Of a stretch of DNA of 20,473 nucleotides, positions 1 to 9,677 are shown one piece after another. The position numbers and the translations under genes are program-made. The number at the start of each line of letters is the position of its first letter. Position 1 is the stretch's first letter. Source of the stretch: Escherichia coli (GTDB lineage Bacteria; Pseudomonadota; Gammaproteobacteria; Enterobacterales; Enterobacteriaceae); the NCBI RefSeq assembly GCF_003334315.1, contig NZ_QOWR01000068.1; one strand, 5' to 3'. The notes beneath the pieces were generated by a model, which had not been told where the DNA came from, ran no database searches, and saw only the letters and a list, made by a program, of their open reading frames with translations.

Positions 1-148
1 GGTTGAGAAGCGGTGTAAGTGAACTGCAGTTGCCATGTTTTACGGCAGTGAGAGCAGAGATAGCGCTGATGTCCGGCGGTGCTTTTGCCGTTACGCACCA
101 CCCCGTCAGTAGCTGAACAGGAGGGACAGCTGATAGAAACAGAAGCCA
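1..148 (-). CDS. insA: IS1 InsA, N-terminal part only (continues past window start)
   Basis: GTG start at 148-146 on the - strand; translation [49 protein letters not shown] matches InsA as I recall it. Confidence 0.85.
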
Positions 149-204
149 CTGGAGCACCTAAAAAACACCATCATACACTAAATCAGTAAGTTGGCAGCAT
201 CACC
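1..204 (-). mobile_element. IS1 left end (terminal inverted repeat plus start of insA), truncated by the window edge
   Basis: Reverse complement of 1-204 reads GGTGATGCTGCCAACTTACTGAT... which I recognise as the IS1 left terminus; the ~23-bp terminal inverted repeat is at 182-204 and the element continues beyond position 1. Confidence 0.9.
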
Positions 205-326
205 CGGGTTGTCAGTTCCGATTAGATAGAACCATGTCATCACGGTCAGAATTATGTTGATGGTGAGCGTCAACTTTGACAGGTATTTTGTTAAAAATGA
301 AGAATTCATTTCCTTTCTTGCTTTCC

Positions 327-1265
327 TTATTGGTTTTTCACGTCAAGATTAATTATTGTTGATGCATTTTTCGAAGGTGAGGGGAGACGAATGCCACTCA
401 ACCTGTTAATGATGGATTCGCAGAATACAATGTCATTATCTTTCTGACTTGCATCAAATGCAGATATGCCACCATAACCGTCTGCGAATATCCTGGCATG
501 ACACACCGCATCATTAGCACCATCGATTCCGGAAATGGCTTTTGATAATGCATCCGTAATTATTTTAGTGTCATGCACTAATTCCTTCTTGCTTCGTCCA
601 TCCTGAGTGGCGAATGAGTATTCTTTCTTTACAGTTTCATCACAATATAATGCTGCACTTTCAGGTGAGTACATTCTCAGTTCCAGCCAGCTTGAGCTTG
701 CACTCGAACCGGCGCTATTCACCCATGTCATTAACATGCTTTCTTTTTTGGCTACCCTGACGACGTACACATCCGTAGTATTCGGACCACCCGCTATGGT
801 TGAGCAGATTTTATGAAACTCAATGCCTCTCTTCGTGAGTGATGAGGCAGGATTGAATGTACAATTCTCATTCAGATAACCACCACATTTTGATGGTGCC
901 ATTGATATATATTCAGGGCCGAACTTGGCTGGCATTGACGTTCCAAGGGAAACCTCCCAGCCTAATTCTTTTTTCCTTTTCTCCAACACTGTTGATTTAA
1001 CGCCCATAACATTGATGCGAGCAAATCCAGTGCGGAGTGACATTCCGGAAGCTGTTTGCGTAACACCGTCAGCCCAAACAATATCTGAGTTTGACTGCCA
1101 GTCCCACGACAAGCCGTGACCAGCATCCGGCATTGCTGAATAAACAAAATCACCCAACTCAGAACTGGGCCTTCCCGAAAGAGATTCGGGGGAAATATCT
1201 TCAGCGGATATAGCGTAAGGCGGGAGCATCGCAACCATAACAGATAACAGTATTAATCCTTTCAT
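327..1265 (-). CDS. hypothetical secreted protein (312 aa), family unassigned
   Basis: 1008-nt open frame on the - strand (track ORF 327..1334). The likely start is the internal ATG at 1265-1263, preceded by AGGA about 10 nt upstream. N-terminus MKGLILLSVMVAMLPPYAISA-EDI is a classic Sec signal peptide with an AxA cleavage site. Stop TAA at 329-327. Several rare ATA Ile codons and roughly 44% GC by eye. Confidence 0.6.
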   Translation of the reverse strand: MKGLILLSVMVAMLPPYAISAEDISPESLSGRPSSELGDFVYSAMPDAGHGLSWDWQSNSDIVWADGVTQTASGMSLRTGFARINVMGVKSTVLEKRKKELGWEVSLGTSMPAKFGPEYISMAPSKCGGYLNENCTFNPASSLTKRGIEFHKICSTIAGGPNTTDVYVVRVAKKESMLMTWVNSAGSSASSSWLELRMYSPESAALYCDETVKKEYSFATQDGRSKKELVHDTKIITDALSKAISGIDGANDAVCHARIFADGYGGISAFDASQKDNDIVFCESIINRLSGIRLPSPSKNASTIINLDVKNQ

Positions 1266-1605
1266 TTGAATCAGTTCCTGAAGCGAACATTCAGAACATT
1301 CAACAAGCCCAGTGAAGGCCGCAAGACATTTCAACCGTTAGGCGAACCAACCAGACTCAGTACATCCATATTCTGCGAGAACAAGGATGCCCACAAATCA
1401 CTGGATTCTCCCTTGGTTTATGTTGGTGCGCATAATGTATATTATGTTAAATCATGTCTGAGTGATGCGAAGTGCTTTTCTGGTAGTCGTTATTCGTTCA
1501 GGGTTCAAGAACTTAAGCCTCTCCTCTTTCATAATTGGCCTGTGCATGGAGAAATAGCCTGGTTATTCCCTGCCCCATGCTAAGAGCGCAGTGTCTGTCG
1601 CATAG

Positions 1606-1860
1606 ACACTGCATACGAAAACACCAGAGGGTGCTGTTACTTATTTAAGGACGGATCAAGCGGGAATGAGTCCACTCCGGTATCAGAAATGGCTACGTCT
1701 CAATGAAGTCAGGCGACCGATGCTGAATGAACATTACGATGTCACCACAGCAGCCTATGCTGTCGGTTACGAAAGCTATCCCATTTCAGTCGGGAATATT
1801 CGCGGATGTTTGGAGAGTCACCCAAGAGAGATATTACCAGGTTAAGAAAGTCTGTCGGAC
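1606..1860 (+). pseudogene. AraC-family regulator C-terminal HTH remnant, frameshifted (possibly the K-12 yneL-type fragment)
   Basis: Frame 1 (open from 1606) reads ...GMSPLRYQKWLRLNEVRRPMLNEHYDVTTAAYAVGYESYP, which fits the AraC second-HTH pattern (G-x-SP..Y....RL...A...L......I..IA..VGY.S). The expected tail continues in another frame (FQSGIFADVWRVTQERYYQVKK, part of track ORF 1727..1948). No start codon or N-terminal domain. Confidence 0.45.
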
Positions 1861-2113
1861 AGCTTTAATAAACCCTGCACTTATCTGTTTAGAGCAATTC
1901 GGTGTTAGTTTCAGCAAGCAAACATTAACCATAGCTAATGATTTATAGCCATATTAACCATTGGTAGCTCTTGACCTTTCCTGACACTTCCCTTGTTCGC
2001 AATAATATTCTGTTTAGTCACGGTTTATAAATAACATGCATAATGAAATCGTCATGTTATTTAGCGACATAAAATGTTTTTGCAAATACTCTCTTCAACA
2101 AGTGCAGCAATAA

Positions 2114-3349
2114 ACTTGTTGTGGAACCAATATCCAGGTCGCAGGATATCGCTATTCTACGCAAGGTTTTTATAACTTATCCGACAGTGCATACAGTCGA
2201 ATGAGTGGTTACACCGTCAAGCCTCCTACCGGAGACAGCAATGAGCAGACACAATTTATTGATTATTTTAATCTGTTCTACAGTAAGCGTGGTCAGGAAC
2301 AAATAAGCATCTCTCAGCAGCTTGGAAATTACGGTACGACATTTTTCAGTGCCAGTCGCCAAAGTTACTGGAACACGTCACGCAGCGACCAGCAAATATC
2401 ATTTGGATTAAATGTGCCGTTTGGTGATATTACGACTTCGCTGAATTACAGCTATTCCAATAATATATGGCAAAACGATCGGGATCATTTACTCGCTTTT
2501 ACGCTTAATGTTCCCTTTAGTCATTGGATGCGTACAGACAGTCAGTCGGCATTTCGTAATTCAAATGCCAGTTACAGTATGTCAAACGATTTGAAAGGCG
2601 GCATGACCAATCTATCGGGGGTTTATGGCACTCTGCTGCCGGATAATAACCTGAATTATAGCGTTCAGGTCGGTAACACCCAAGGGGGTAATACATCGTC
2701 TGGCACCAGTGGTTACAGTTCTCTTAATTATCGTGGAGCTTACGGTAATACGAATGTCGGTTACAGTCGGAGTGGTGACAGCAGCCAGATTTATTACGGA
2801 ATGAGTGGTGGGGTTATTGCTCATGCTGATGGCATCACCTTTGGACAGCCGCTGGGCGACACAATGGTTCTGGTTAAGGCTCCTGGCGCTGATAATGTCA
2901 AAATAGAGAACCAGACCGGAATTCATACCGACTGGCGTGGCTATGCAATATTACCATTTGCGACAGAATATAGAGAAAATCGTGTCGCTCTTAACGCGAA
3001 TTCCCTTGCAGATAATGTTGAACTGGATGAAACCGTAGTCACTGTCATCCCAACTCACGGTGCTATTGCCAGAGCAACATTTAATGCACAAATCGGCGGG
3101 AAAGTATTAATGACGTTGAAGTACGGTAATAAAAGCGTTCCATTCGGTGCAATTGTCACACACGGAGAGAATAAAAATGGCAGCATTGTCGCGGAAAACG
3201 GTCAGGTTTATCTGACTGGACTTCCACAGTCAGGGAAATTACAGGTTTCATGGGGCAAAGATAAAAACTCAAACTGTATTGTCGAGTACAAGCTTCCTGA
3301 AGTTTCTCCTGGTACCTTACTGAACCAGCAGACAGCAATCTGTCGCTAA
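2114..3349 (+). pseudogene. ydeT: fimbrial usher (FimD-like), C-terminal ~410 codons only; 5-prime truncated
   Basis: Frame is open from the stop at 2111-2113 and FimD-like homology starts immediately (GYRYSTQGFYNLSDSAYSRMSGY... through ...LLNQQTAICR). No N-terminal plug or barrel start, no signal peptide. The track ORF begins at an internal ATG (2201). Confidence 0.85.
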
Positions 3350-3362
3350 GGAACAATAGATT

Positions 3363-3893
3363 ATGAAATACAATAACATTATTTTCCTCGGTTTATGTCT
3401 GGGGTTAACCACCTATTCTGCTTTATCCGCAGATAGCGTTATTAAAATTAGCGGGCGCGTCCTCGATTATGGCTGCACAGTCTCATCGGATTCGCTTAAT
3501 TTTACCGTAGATCTCCAAAAAAACAGTGCCAGACAATTTCCAACGACCGGTAGCACAAGTCCAGCCGTCCCTTTTCAGATTACGTTAAGTGAATGCAGCA
3601 AAGGGACAACGGGGGTTCGGGTTGCATTTAACGGTATTGAGGATGCAGAAAATAATACTTTGTTGAAACTGGATGAAGGAAGCAATACGGCCTCCGGTTT
3701 GGGTATAGAAATATTGGACGCAAATATGCGTCCGGTGAAACTGAATGATCTTCATGCCGGGATGCAGTGGATCCCACTGGTACCAGAACAGAACAATATT
3801 TTGCCTTACTCCGCTCGTCTGAAGTCAACTCAGAAGTCCGTCAATCCGGGACTGGTGAGGGCTTCGGCAACCTTTACCCTTGAATTTCAATAA
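3363..3893 (+). CDS. ydeS: fimbrial minor subunit (FimF-like), 176 aa
   Basis: Signal peptide MKYNNIIFLGLCLGLTTYSALSA, conserved Cys pair, pilin-like C-terminal strand; AAGGAA 7 nt upstream; 13-bp gap after the usher fragment. Confidence 0.85.
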   Translation: MKYNNIIFLGLCLGLTTYSALSADSVIKISGRVLDYGCTVSSDSLNFTVDLQKNSARQFPTTGSTSPAVPFQITLSECSKGTTGVRVAFNGIEDAENNTLLKLDEGSNTASGLGIEILDANMRPVKLNDLHAGMQWIPLVPEQNNILPYSARLKSTQKSVNPGLVRASATFTLEFQ

Positions 3894-3905
3894 TCAGAGT
3901 CAGAT

Positions 3906-4409
3906 ATGAAAAGACTTCACAAGAGGTTCCTGTTAGCTACGTTTTGCGCGTTATTCACAGCAACTCTCCAGGCCGCCGATGTCACTATCACTGTTAATGG
4001 TCGGGTAGTCGCTAAACCCTGCACTATTCAAACCAAAGAAGCTAACGTTAATCTCGGGGATCTTTATACGCGCAATCTGCAACAACCTGGTTCTGCATCT
4101 GGCTGGCACAATATTACTTTGTCATTAACCGATTGTCCGGTTGAAACAAGTGCAGTGACGGCAATCGTGACAGGTTCAACTGACAATACGGGTTATTACA
4201 AAAATGAAGGTACTGCCGAAAATATTCAGATAGAGCTGAGGGATGACCAGGATGCTGCGTTAAAAAATGGCGATAGCAAAACGGTTATTGTTGATGAGAT
4301 CACTCATAATGCACAGTTTCCACTTAAGGCAAGAGCTATCACGGTGAATGGAAACGCAAGCCAGGGAACGATCGAGGCGCTAATCAATGTGATCTACACC
4401 TGGCAATAA
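3906..4409 (+). CDS. ydeR: fimbrial minor subunit (FimG-like), 167 aa
   Basis: Signal peptide [23 protein letters not shown], pilin-like fold signature, tightly spaced after ydeS. Confidence 0.85.
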
Positions 4410-4467
4410 CGTCGATTCGATTTTCTTAGCCTTCTTTTTAAATCAATTTTTAACCTTAGGATATATC

Positions 4468-5382
4468 ATGGGTAAAACAATCAGTATAAAGGTCCTGTTC
4501 GGTATTTATCTTCTATTAATGGCAGGCAAAGTTTTTGCCTTCAGTTGTAATGTCGATGGCGGGTCAAGTATTGGAGCAGGTACAACCTCTGTTTATGTTA
4601 ATCTCGACCCTGTAATACAGCCGGGCCAGAATCTGGTTGTAGACTTGTCTCAGCATATAAGTTGCTGGAATGATTACGGCGGCTGGTACGACACTGATCA
4701 TATAAACCTGGTACAAGGCTCAGCTTTCGCAGGCTCCCTACAGTCATATAAAGGATCGCTGTACTGGAATAATGTGACCTACCCCTTCCCGTTGACGACA
4801 AATACCAACGTATTGGATATTGGTGATAAGACACCGATGCCATTACCGTTAAAACTCTATATTACCCCAGTTGGGGCGGCCGGTGGAGTTGTCATAAAAG
4901 CGGGGGAAGTCATTGCCCGTATTCATATGTATAAAATTGCAACATTAGGAAGCGGAAATCCGCGTAATTTTACGTGGAATATTATTTCAAATAACAATGT
5001 TGTTATGCCAACAGGCGGCTGCACCGTTGATAGTCGTAATGTCACCGTGGATCTCCCGGACTTTCCTGGAAGCGCAGAAATACCCCTTGGCGTATATTGC
5101 TCAAGCGAACAAAAGCTCTCATTTTATCTTTCGGGTGCCACCACTGACAGTAGCCGACAAGTGTTTGCTAACACAGCACCTGATGCAACAAAAGCATCGG
5201 GAGTGGGTGTCACTCTAATGCGTAATGGAAAAATACTGGCTACGGGAGAAAATGTCTCCCTGGGGACAGTAAATAAAAGCAAAGTACCTCTGGGTTTAAG
5301 CGCAACCTATGGACAAACAGGAAACAAGGTTTCAGCCGGAACCGTCCAGTCAGTCATTGGTGTCACTTTTATCTATGAATAA
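4468..5382 (+). CDS. ydeQ: FimH-like fimbrial tip adhesin, 304 aa
   Basis: Clear FimH-like similarity along the whole length (e.g. [46 protein letters not shown]); signal peptide; AGGA upstream. Confidence 0.88.
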
Positions 5383-5454
5383 TTGTGATTTTGACCTTAG
5401 TCTATGCGCTCCATTCACGAAAATTGCGCGGATAATTATTTTGTGAAGGCTATT

Positions 5455-5472
5455 AGCCTACACCTGTAAGAA
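5455..5472 (+). promoter_or_regulatory. EvgA-box-like dyad upstream of ydeP
   Basis: AGCCTACA-CC-TGTAAGAA against the 18-bp EvgA consensus TTCYTACA-N2-TGTARGAA as I recall it (right half perfect, left half 6/8). Confidence 0.6.
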
Positions 5473-5564
5473 AATCCGCGCACAATTGAAGCCAGAGTCT
5501 TATTTTTTATATTGAAAAATATGTTAATTTAAACACTATGAGAGATGATGCTTAACTTATCGTA

Positions 5565-5596
5565 TTTAATCTATTGTTTAACGATAATAGATTAAA
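5565..5596 (+). promoter_or_regulatory. perfect 11-bp inverted repeat with 10-bp spacer (candidate operator) upstream of ydeP
   Basis: TTTAATCTATT-gtttaacgat-AATAGATTAAA, about 120 bp upstream of the ydeP ATG. Confidence 0.35.
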
Positions 5597-5715
5597 AATA
5601 GAAAGAGAGTAGTCCCCTACTCTTATATATCCATGTTGGCGATAATCCCTTTGTATGTACTGTGCATCATCGCTATTACAAATCCTAATAATTCATTTCC
5701 ACACAGGATAAGTAG

Positions 5716-7995
5716 ATGAAGAAAAAAATTGAATCCTACCAGGGTGCTGCAGGTGGTTGGGGTGCTGTTAAATCCGTAGCGAATGCAGTACGTAAGCAGA
5801 TGGATATACGCCAGGATGTTATTGCCATGTTTGACATGAATAAGCCAGAGGGCTTTGACTGTCCGGGTTGTGCATGGCCAGATCCTAAGCACAGTGCGTC
5901 ATTCGACATTTGTGAAAACGGCGCAAAAGCAATCGCCTGGGAAGTCACGGATAAGCAGGTAAACGCCTCTTTCTTTGCTGAGAATACGGTTCAATCATTA
6001 CTTACCTGGGGAGACCACGAGCTTGAGGCTGCGGGGCGACTCACTCAGCCTTTGAAATATGATGCCGTCAGCGACTGTTACAAGCCATTAAGCTGGCAAC
6101 AAGCTTTCGACGAAATTGGCGCACGCCTTCAAAGCTATAGTGATCCCAATCAGGTTGAATTCTATACTTCGGGCCGCACTTCCAATGAAGCTGCCTTTCT
6201 TTATCAGCTTTTTGCCCGTGAATACGGGAGCAATAACTTTCCCGACTGCTCCAACATGTGCCATGAACCGACAAGCGTGGGTTTGGCAGCGAGTATCGGT
6301 GTAGGTAAAGGGACCGTGTTGCTGGAAGACTTTGAGAAGTGCGATTTAGTCATTTGCATTGGGCATAACCCTGGTACAAACCACCCTCGCATGCTGACTT
6401 CGTTGCGCGCTTTAGTGAAACGGGGAGCGAAAATGATCGCCATCAATCCTCTACAGGAACGTGGCCTGGAGCGATTTACCGCACCGCAAAACCCGTTTGA
6501 AATGCTGACGAACTCTGAGACTCAGTTGGCCAGTGCCTACTATAACGTGCGCATTGGTGGCGATATGGCGTTGCTCAAGGGGATGATGCGCCTGTTAATT
6601 GAGCGCGATGATGCTGCAAGCGCCGCAGGTCGGCCTTCATTGCTTGATGACGAGTTTATTCAAACGCATACCGTCGGCTTTGACGAGCTACGCCGTGACG
6701 TTCTCAATTCCGAGTGGAAAGATATCGAACGTATTTCTGGACTAAGTCAGACACAAATCGCCGAACTGGCTGACGCATATGCCGCTGCCGAACGCACCAT
6801 TATCTGTTACGGAATGGGGATCACTCAGCACGAACATGGTACCCAGAACGTACAGCAACTGGTCAATCTGCTGTTGATGAAAGGTAACATTGGCAAGCCT
6901 GGTGCGGGTATCTGCCCACTACGTGGACACTCTAATGTACAGGGCGACCGAACCGTCGGTATCACCGAGAAACCGTCTGCAGAGTTTCTGGCTCGTCTGG
7001 GTGAGCGCTATGGCTTCACCCCACCTCATGCACCTGGACATGCTGCAATTGCCAGCATGCAAGCAATATGTACGGGGCAGGCTCGAGCATTGATCTGCAT
7101 GGGGGGCAATTTTGCGCTGGCAATGCCAGATCGGGAAGCGAGCGCTGTACCGTTAACGCAATTAGATTTGGCGGTACACGTAGCCACTAAGCTTAACCGC
7201 TCTCATCTGTTGACCGCACGGCATAGCTATATTCTGCCGGTCCTGGGACGTAGCGAGATTGACATGCAAAAAAACGGTGCGCAGGCGGTAACCGTTGAGG
7301 ATTCAATGTCGATGATTCATGCCTCGCGTGGCGTGTTAAAACCCGCCGGTGTAATGCTGAAATCAGAGTGTGCAGTGGTCGCGGGAATCGCGCAGGCAGC
7401 ACTACCCCAGAGCGTGGTAGCCTGGGAGTATCTGGTGGAAGATTATGATCGCATTCGCAATGACATTGAAGCTGTGCTGCCAGAGTTCGCCGACTATAAC
7501 CAGCGCATCCGTCATCCCGGTGGTTTTCACCTGATAAATGCAGCTGCTGAAAGGCGCTGGATGACGCCGTCAGGTAAGGCTAATTTCATTACCAGCAAAG
7601 GGCTGTTAGAAGATCCCTCTTCAGCGTTTAACAGTAAGCTGGTCATGGCGACAGTACGCAGCCACGATCAGTACAACACGACGATTTATGGTATGGATGA
7701 TCGCTATCGAGGGGTATTCGGTCAACGAGATGTGGTCTTTATGAGTGCTAAACAAGCTAAAATTTGCCGTGTAAAAAACGGCGAAAGAGTTAATCTTATT
7801 GCGCTTACGCCAGACGGTAAGCGCAGCTCACGCCGCATGGATAGATTAAAAGTGGTCATTTACCCTATGGCTGACCGCTCACTGGTGACCTATTTTCCAG
7901 AATCGAATCACATGCTAACACTTGATAACCACGATCCATTAAGTGGCATTCCTGGCTATAAAAGTATTCCGGTTGAATTAGAACCATCAAATTAA
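5716..7995 (+). CDS. ydeP: molybdopterin oxidoreductase, formate-dehydrogenase-like; acid-resistance protein, 759 aa
   Basis: Recognised sequence ([25 protein letters not shown]...); N-terminal Cys cluster CPGCAWPD; AGGA upstream. Confidence 0.9.
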   Translation: MKKKIESYQGAAGGWGAVKSVANAVRKQMDIRQDVIAMFDMNKPEGFDCPGCAWPDPKHSASFDICENGAKAIAWEVTDKQVNASFFAENTVQSLLTWGDHELEAAGRLTQPLKYDAVSDCYKPLSWQQAFDEIGARLQSYSDPNQVEFYTSGRTSNEAAFLYQLFAREYGSNNFPDCSNMCHEPTSVGLAASIGVGKGTVLLEDFEKCDLVICIGHNPGTNHPRMLTSLRALVKRGAKMIAINPLQERGLERFTAPQNPFEMLTNSETQLASAYYNVRIGGDMALLKGMMRLLIERDDAASAAGRPSLLDDEFIQTHTVGFDELRRDVLNSEWKDIERISGLSQTQIAELADAYAAAERTIICYGMGITQHEHGTQNVQQLVNLLLMKGNIGKPGAGICPLRGHSNVQGDRTVGITEKPSAEFLARLGERYGFTPPHAPGHAAIASMQAICTGQARALICMGGNFALAMPDREASAVPLTQLDLAVHVATKLNRSHLLTARHSYILPVLGRSEIDMQKNGAQAVTVEDSMSMIHASRGVLKPAGVMLKSECAVVAGIAQAALPQSVVAWEYLVEDYDRIRNDIEAVLPEFADYNQRIRHPGGFHLINAAAERRWMTPSGKANFITSKGLLEDPSSAFNSKLVMATVRSHDQYNTTIYGMDDRYRGVFGQRDVVFMSAKQAKICRVKNGERVNLIALTPDGKRSSRRMDRLKVVIYPMADRSLVTYFPESNHMLTLDNHDPLSGIPGYKSIPVELEPSN

Positions 7996-8010
7996 TGCCT
8001 CTTCTCATTT

Positions 8011-8037
8011 CTTCTGCTGTCATCCGCACAGCAGAAG
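8011..8037 (+). terminator. stem-loop after ydeP (10-bp perfect stem, no U-tract)
   Basis: CTTCTGCTGT-catccgc-ACAGCAGAAG, 16 bp after the ydeP stop. Confidence 0.4.
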
Positions 8038-8113
8038 AATTCCTCATTGACTATTATTTCGCAATTTGCTCACATGGATTAAATTAAACTACATACTATA
8101 AGATATAAACTTC

Positions 8114-8131
8114 TGCCTACAGCTGTAAGAA
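8114..8131 (+). promoter_or_regulatory. EvgA-box-like dyad upstream of safA-ydeO
   Basis: TGCCTACA-GC-TGTAAGAA; same architecture as the ydeP site. Confidence 0.6.
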
Positions 8132-8242
8132 ACTCCGCTCAGTACTGAAGCACCAGTCCTATTTCCTCTTTTCTCCAGCCTGTTATATTAAGCATACTGA
8201 TTAACGATTTTTAACGTTATCCGCTAAATAAACATATTTGAA

Positions 8243-8440
8243 ATGCATGCGACCACAGTGAAAAACAAAATCACGCAAAGAGACAACTATAAAGAAATCA
8301 TGTCTGCAATTGTGGTTGTCTTATTACTGACACTTACGTTGATAGCCATTTTTTCGGCAATTGATCAGCTGAGTATTTCAGAAATGGGTCGCATTGCAAG
8401 AGATCTTACACATTTCATTATCAATAGTTTGCAAGGCTGA
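8243..8440 (+). CDS. safA: small membrane protein SafA (connector between EvgS/EvgA and PhoQ/PhoP), 65 aa
   Basis: Recognised sequence MHATTVKNKITQRDNYKEIMSAIVVVLLLTLTLIAIF... with a single transmembrane helix. Confidence 0.85.
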   Translation: MHATTVKNKITQRDNYKEIMSAIVVVLLLTLTLIAIFSAIDQLSISEMGRIARDLTHFIINSLQG

Positions 8441-8514
8441 AAACAAACAGCAAATTATAAATATGAAATGTTAAAAAAGTATCGATAAAAACTTTATTGT
8501 TTTAAGGAGATAAA

Positions 8515-9276
8515 ATGTCGCTCGTTTGTTCTGTTATATTTATTCATCATGCCTTCAACGCTAACATTTTAGATAAAGATTACGCCTTCTCTGACGGCGA
8601 GATCCTGATGGTAGATAACGCTGTTCGTACGCATTTTGAACCTTATGAGCGGCATTTTAAAGAGATCGGATTTACTGAAAATACCATTAAAAAATATCTA
8701 CAATGCACTAACATCCAGACAGTGACGGTGCCTGTTCCTGCGAAGTTTTTACGTGCTTCAAATGTACCGACTGGATTGCTTAATGAAATGATTGCTTATC
8801 TCAACTCGGAAGAACGCAATCATCATAATTTTTCAGAACTTTTGCTTTTTTCTTGCCTGTCTATTTTTGCCGCATGCAAAGGTTTCATTACACTATTAAC
8901 TAACGGTGTGCTATCCGTTTCCGGAAAAGTGAGAAATATTGTCAACATGAAGCTGGCGCACCCATGGAAGCTGAAAGATATTTGTGACTGCCTGTACATC
9001 AGTGAAAGCCTGTTGAAGAAAAAACTAAAGCAAGAGCAAACGACATTCTCACAGATTCTATTAGATGCCAGAATGCAGCACGCAAAAAATTTGATACGCG
9101 TAGAAGGTTCAGTCAATAAAATTGCCGAACAATGTGGTTATGCCAGTACATCTTATTTTATTTATGCGTTCCGCAAACATTTCGGCAACAGTCCGAAGAG
9201 AGTTTCTAAGGAGTACCGTTGTCAAAGTCACACGGGTATGAATACGGGCAACACGATGAGTGCTTTAGCTATTTGA
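8515..9276 (+). CDS. ydeO: AraC-family acid-resistance transcriptional regulator, 253 aa
   Basis: Recognised sequence; C-terminal AraC HTH (AEQCGYASTSYFIYAFRKHFGNSPKRV); AAGGAG 7 nt upstream; 74-bp gap after safA suggests an operon. Confidence 0.9.
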   Translation: MSLVCSVIFIHHAFNANILDKDYAFSDGEILMVDNAVRTHFEPYERHFKEIGFTENTIKKYLQCTNIQTVTVPVPAKFLRASNVPTGLLNEMIAYLNSEERNHHNFSELLLFSCLSIFAACKGFITLLTNGVLSVSGKVRNIVNMKLAHPWKLKDICDCLYISESLLKKKLKQEQTTFSQILLDARMQHAKNLIRVEGSVNKIAEQCGYASTSYFIYAFRKHFGNSPKRVSKEYRCQSHTGMNTGNTMSALAI

Positions 9277-9324
9277 TTATTTGCTAACGAGTAGTCAACC
9301 ACGCACGCTACGTAAGAATTATAT

Positions 9325-9357
9325 GGGGCAGCCATTCCCTGCCCCGCGTTGTTTTTA
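9325..9357 (+). terminator. intrinsic terminator after ydeO
   Basis: GGGGCAG-ccattcc-CTGCCCC followed by a T-rich run (gcgttgttttt). Confidence 0.6.
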
Positions 9358-9677
9358 GGCGATATATTTATTGAAATAAATAAGTGACATCCATCACATA
9401 TTTATGCACTTGCATAACCTGTTGCATGATTATTTATGATCTCAATTCGGCATTTTGTCAGTAAAATGCAATAATTTATTAAATATCAATAAATTAGTTG
9501 TTTATCGGCGAGAAATTACTTAATAGAACAGAAAGTAATGTCAACGCTTTATGGACTGTTATTTCCCTTTTTTTAGCTAAATCTGCTATCTCTTTATGTG
9601 ACTAACTTCACTTACATCCACTTATTTCTCTTCGTAAAATTACTTCGGAATTAAGTACAATAAGAAGAGGAACATTT

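Noticed and set aside
327-1265. GTSMPA motif in the secreted protein, resembling the subtilase active-site Ser signature GTSMA
   Set aside because: There are no Asp or His motifs in the subtilase order and the protein is too short for that fold; treated as a chance match.
1266-1334. N-terminal extension of the 335-aa track ORF (MKCLAAFTGLVECSECSLQELIQ...)
   Set aside because: It has no signal-peptide character and no RBS, whereas the internal ATG at 1265 is followed by a canonical signal peptide and preceded by AGGA. The extension is probably untranslated.
607-1583. + strand ORFs 607..816, 925..1119 and 1266..1583
   Set aside because: The first two lie inside the long - strand secreted-protein frame and the third abuts its start; all are low-complexity with no recognisable features, so they look like shadow or chance ORFs. 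They were also read for HipA-like sequence and none was found.
1727-1948. 73-aa + strand ORF as an independent small gene
   Set aside because: Its sequence is better explained as the frameshifted tail of the AraC-family HTH remnant; no RBS or independent features.
2201-3349. Track ORF starting at ATG 2201 as an intact 382-aa gene
   Set aside because: The frame is open and usher-homologous upstream of that ATG back to 2114; it is an internal Met of a truncated usher, not a real start.
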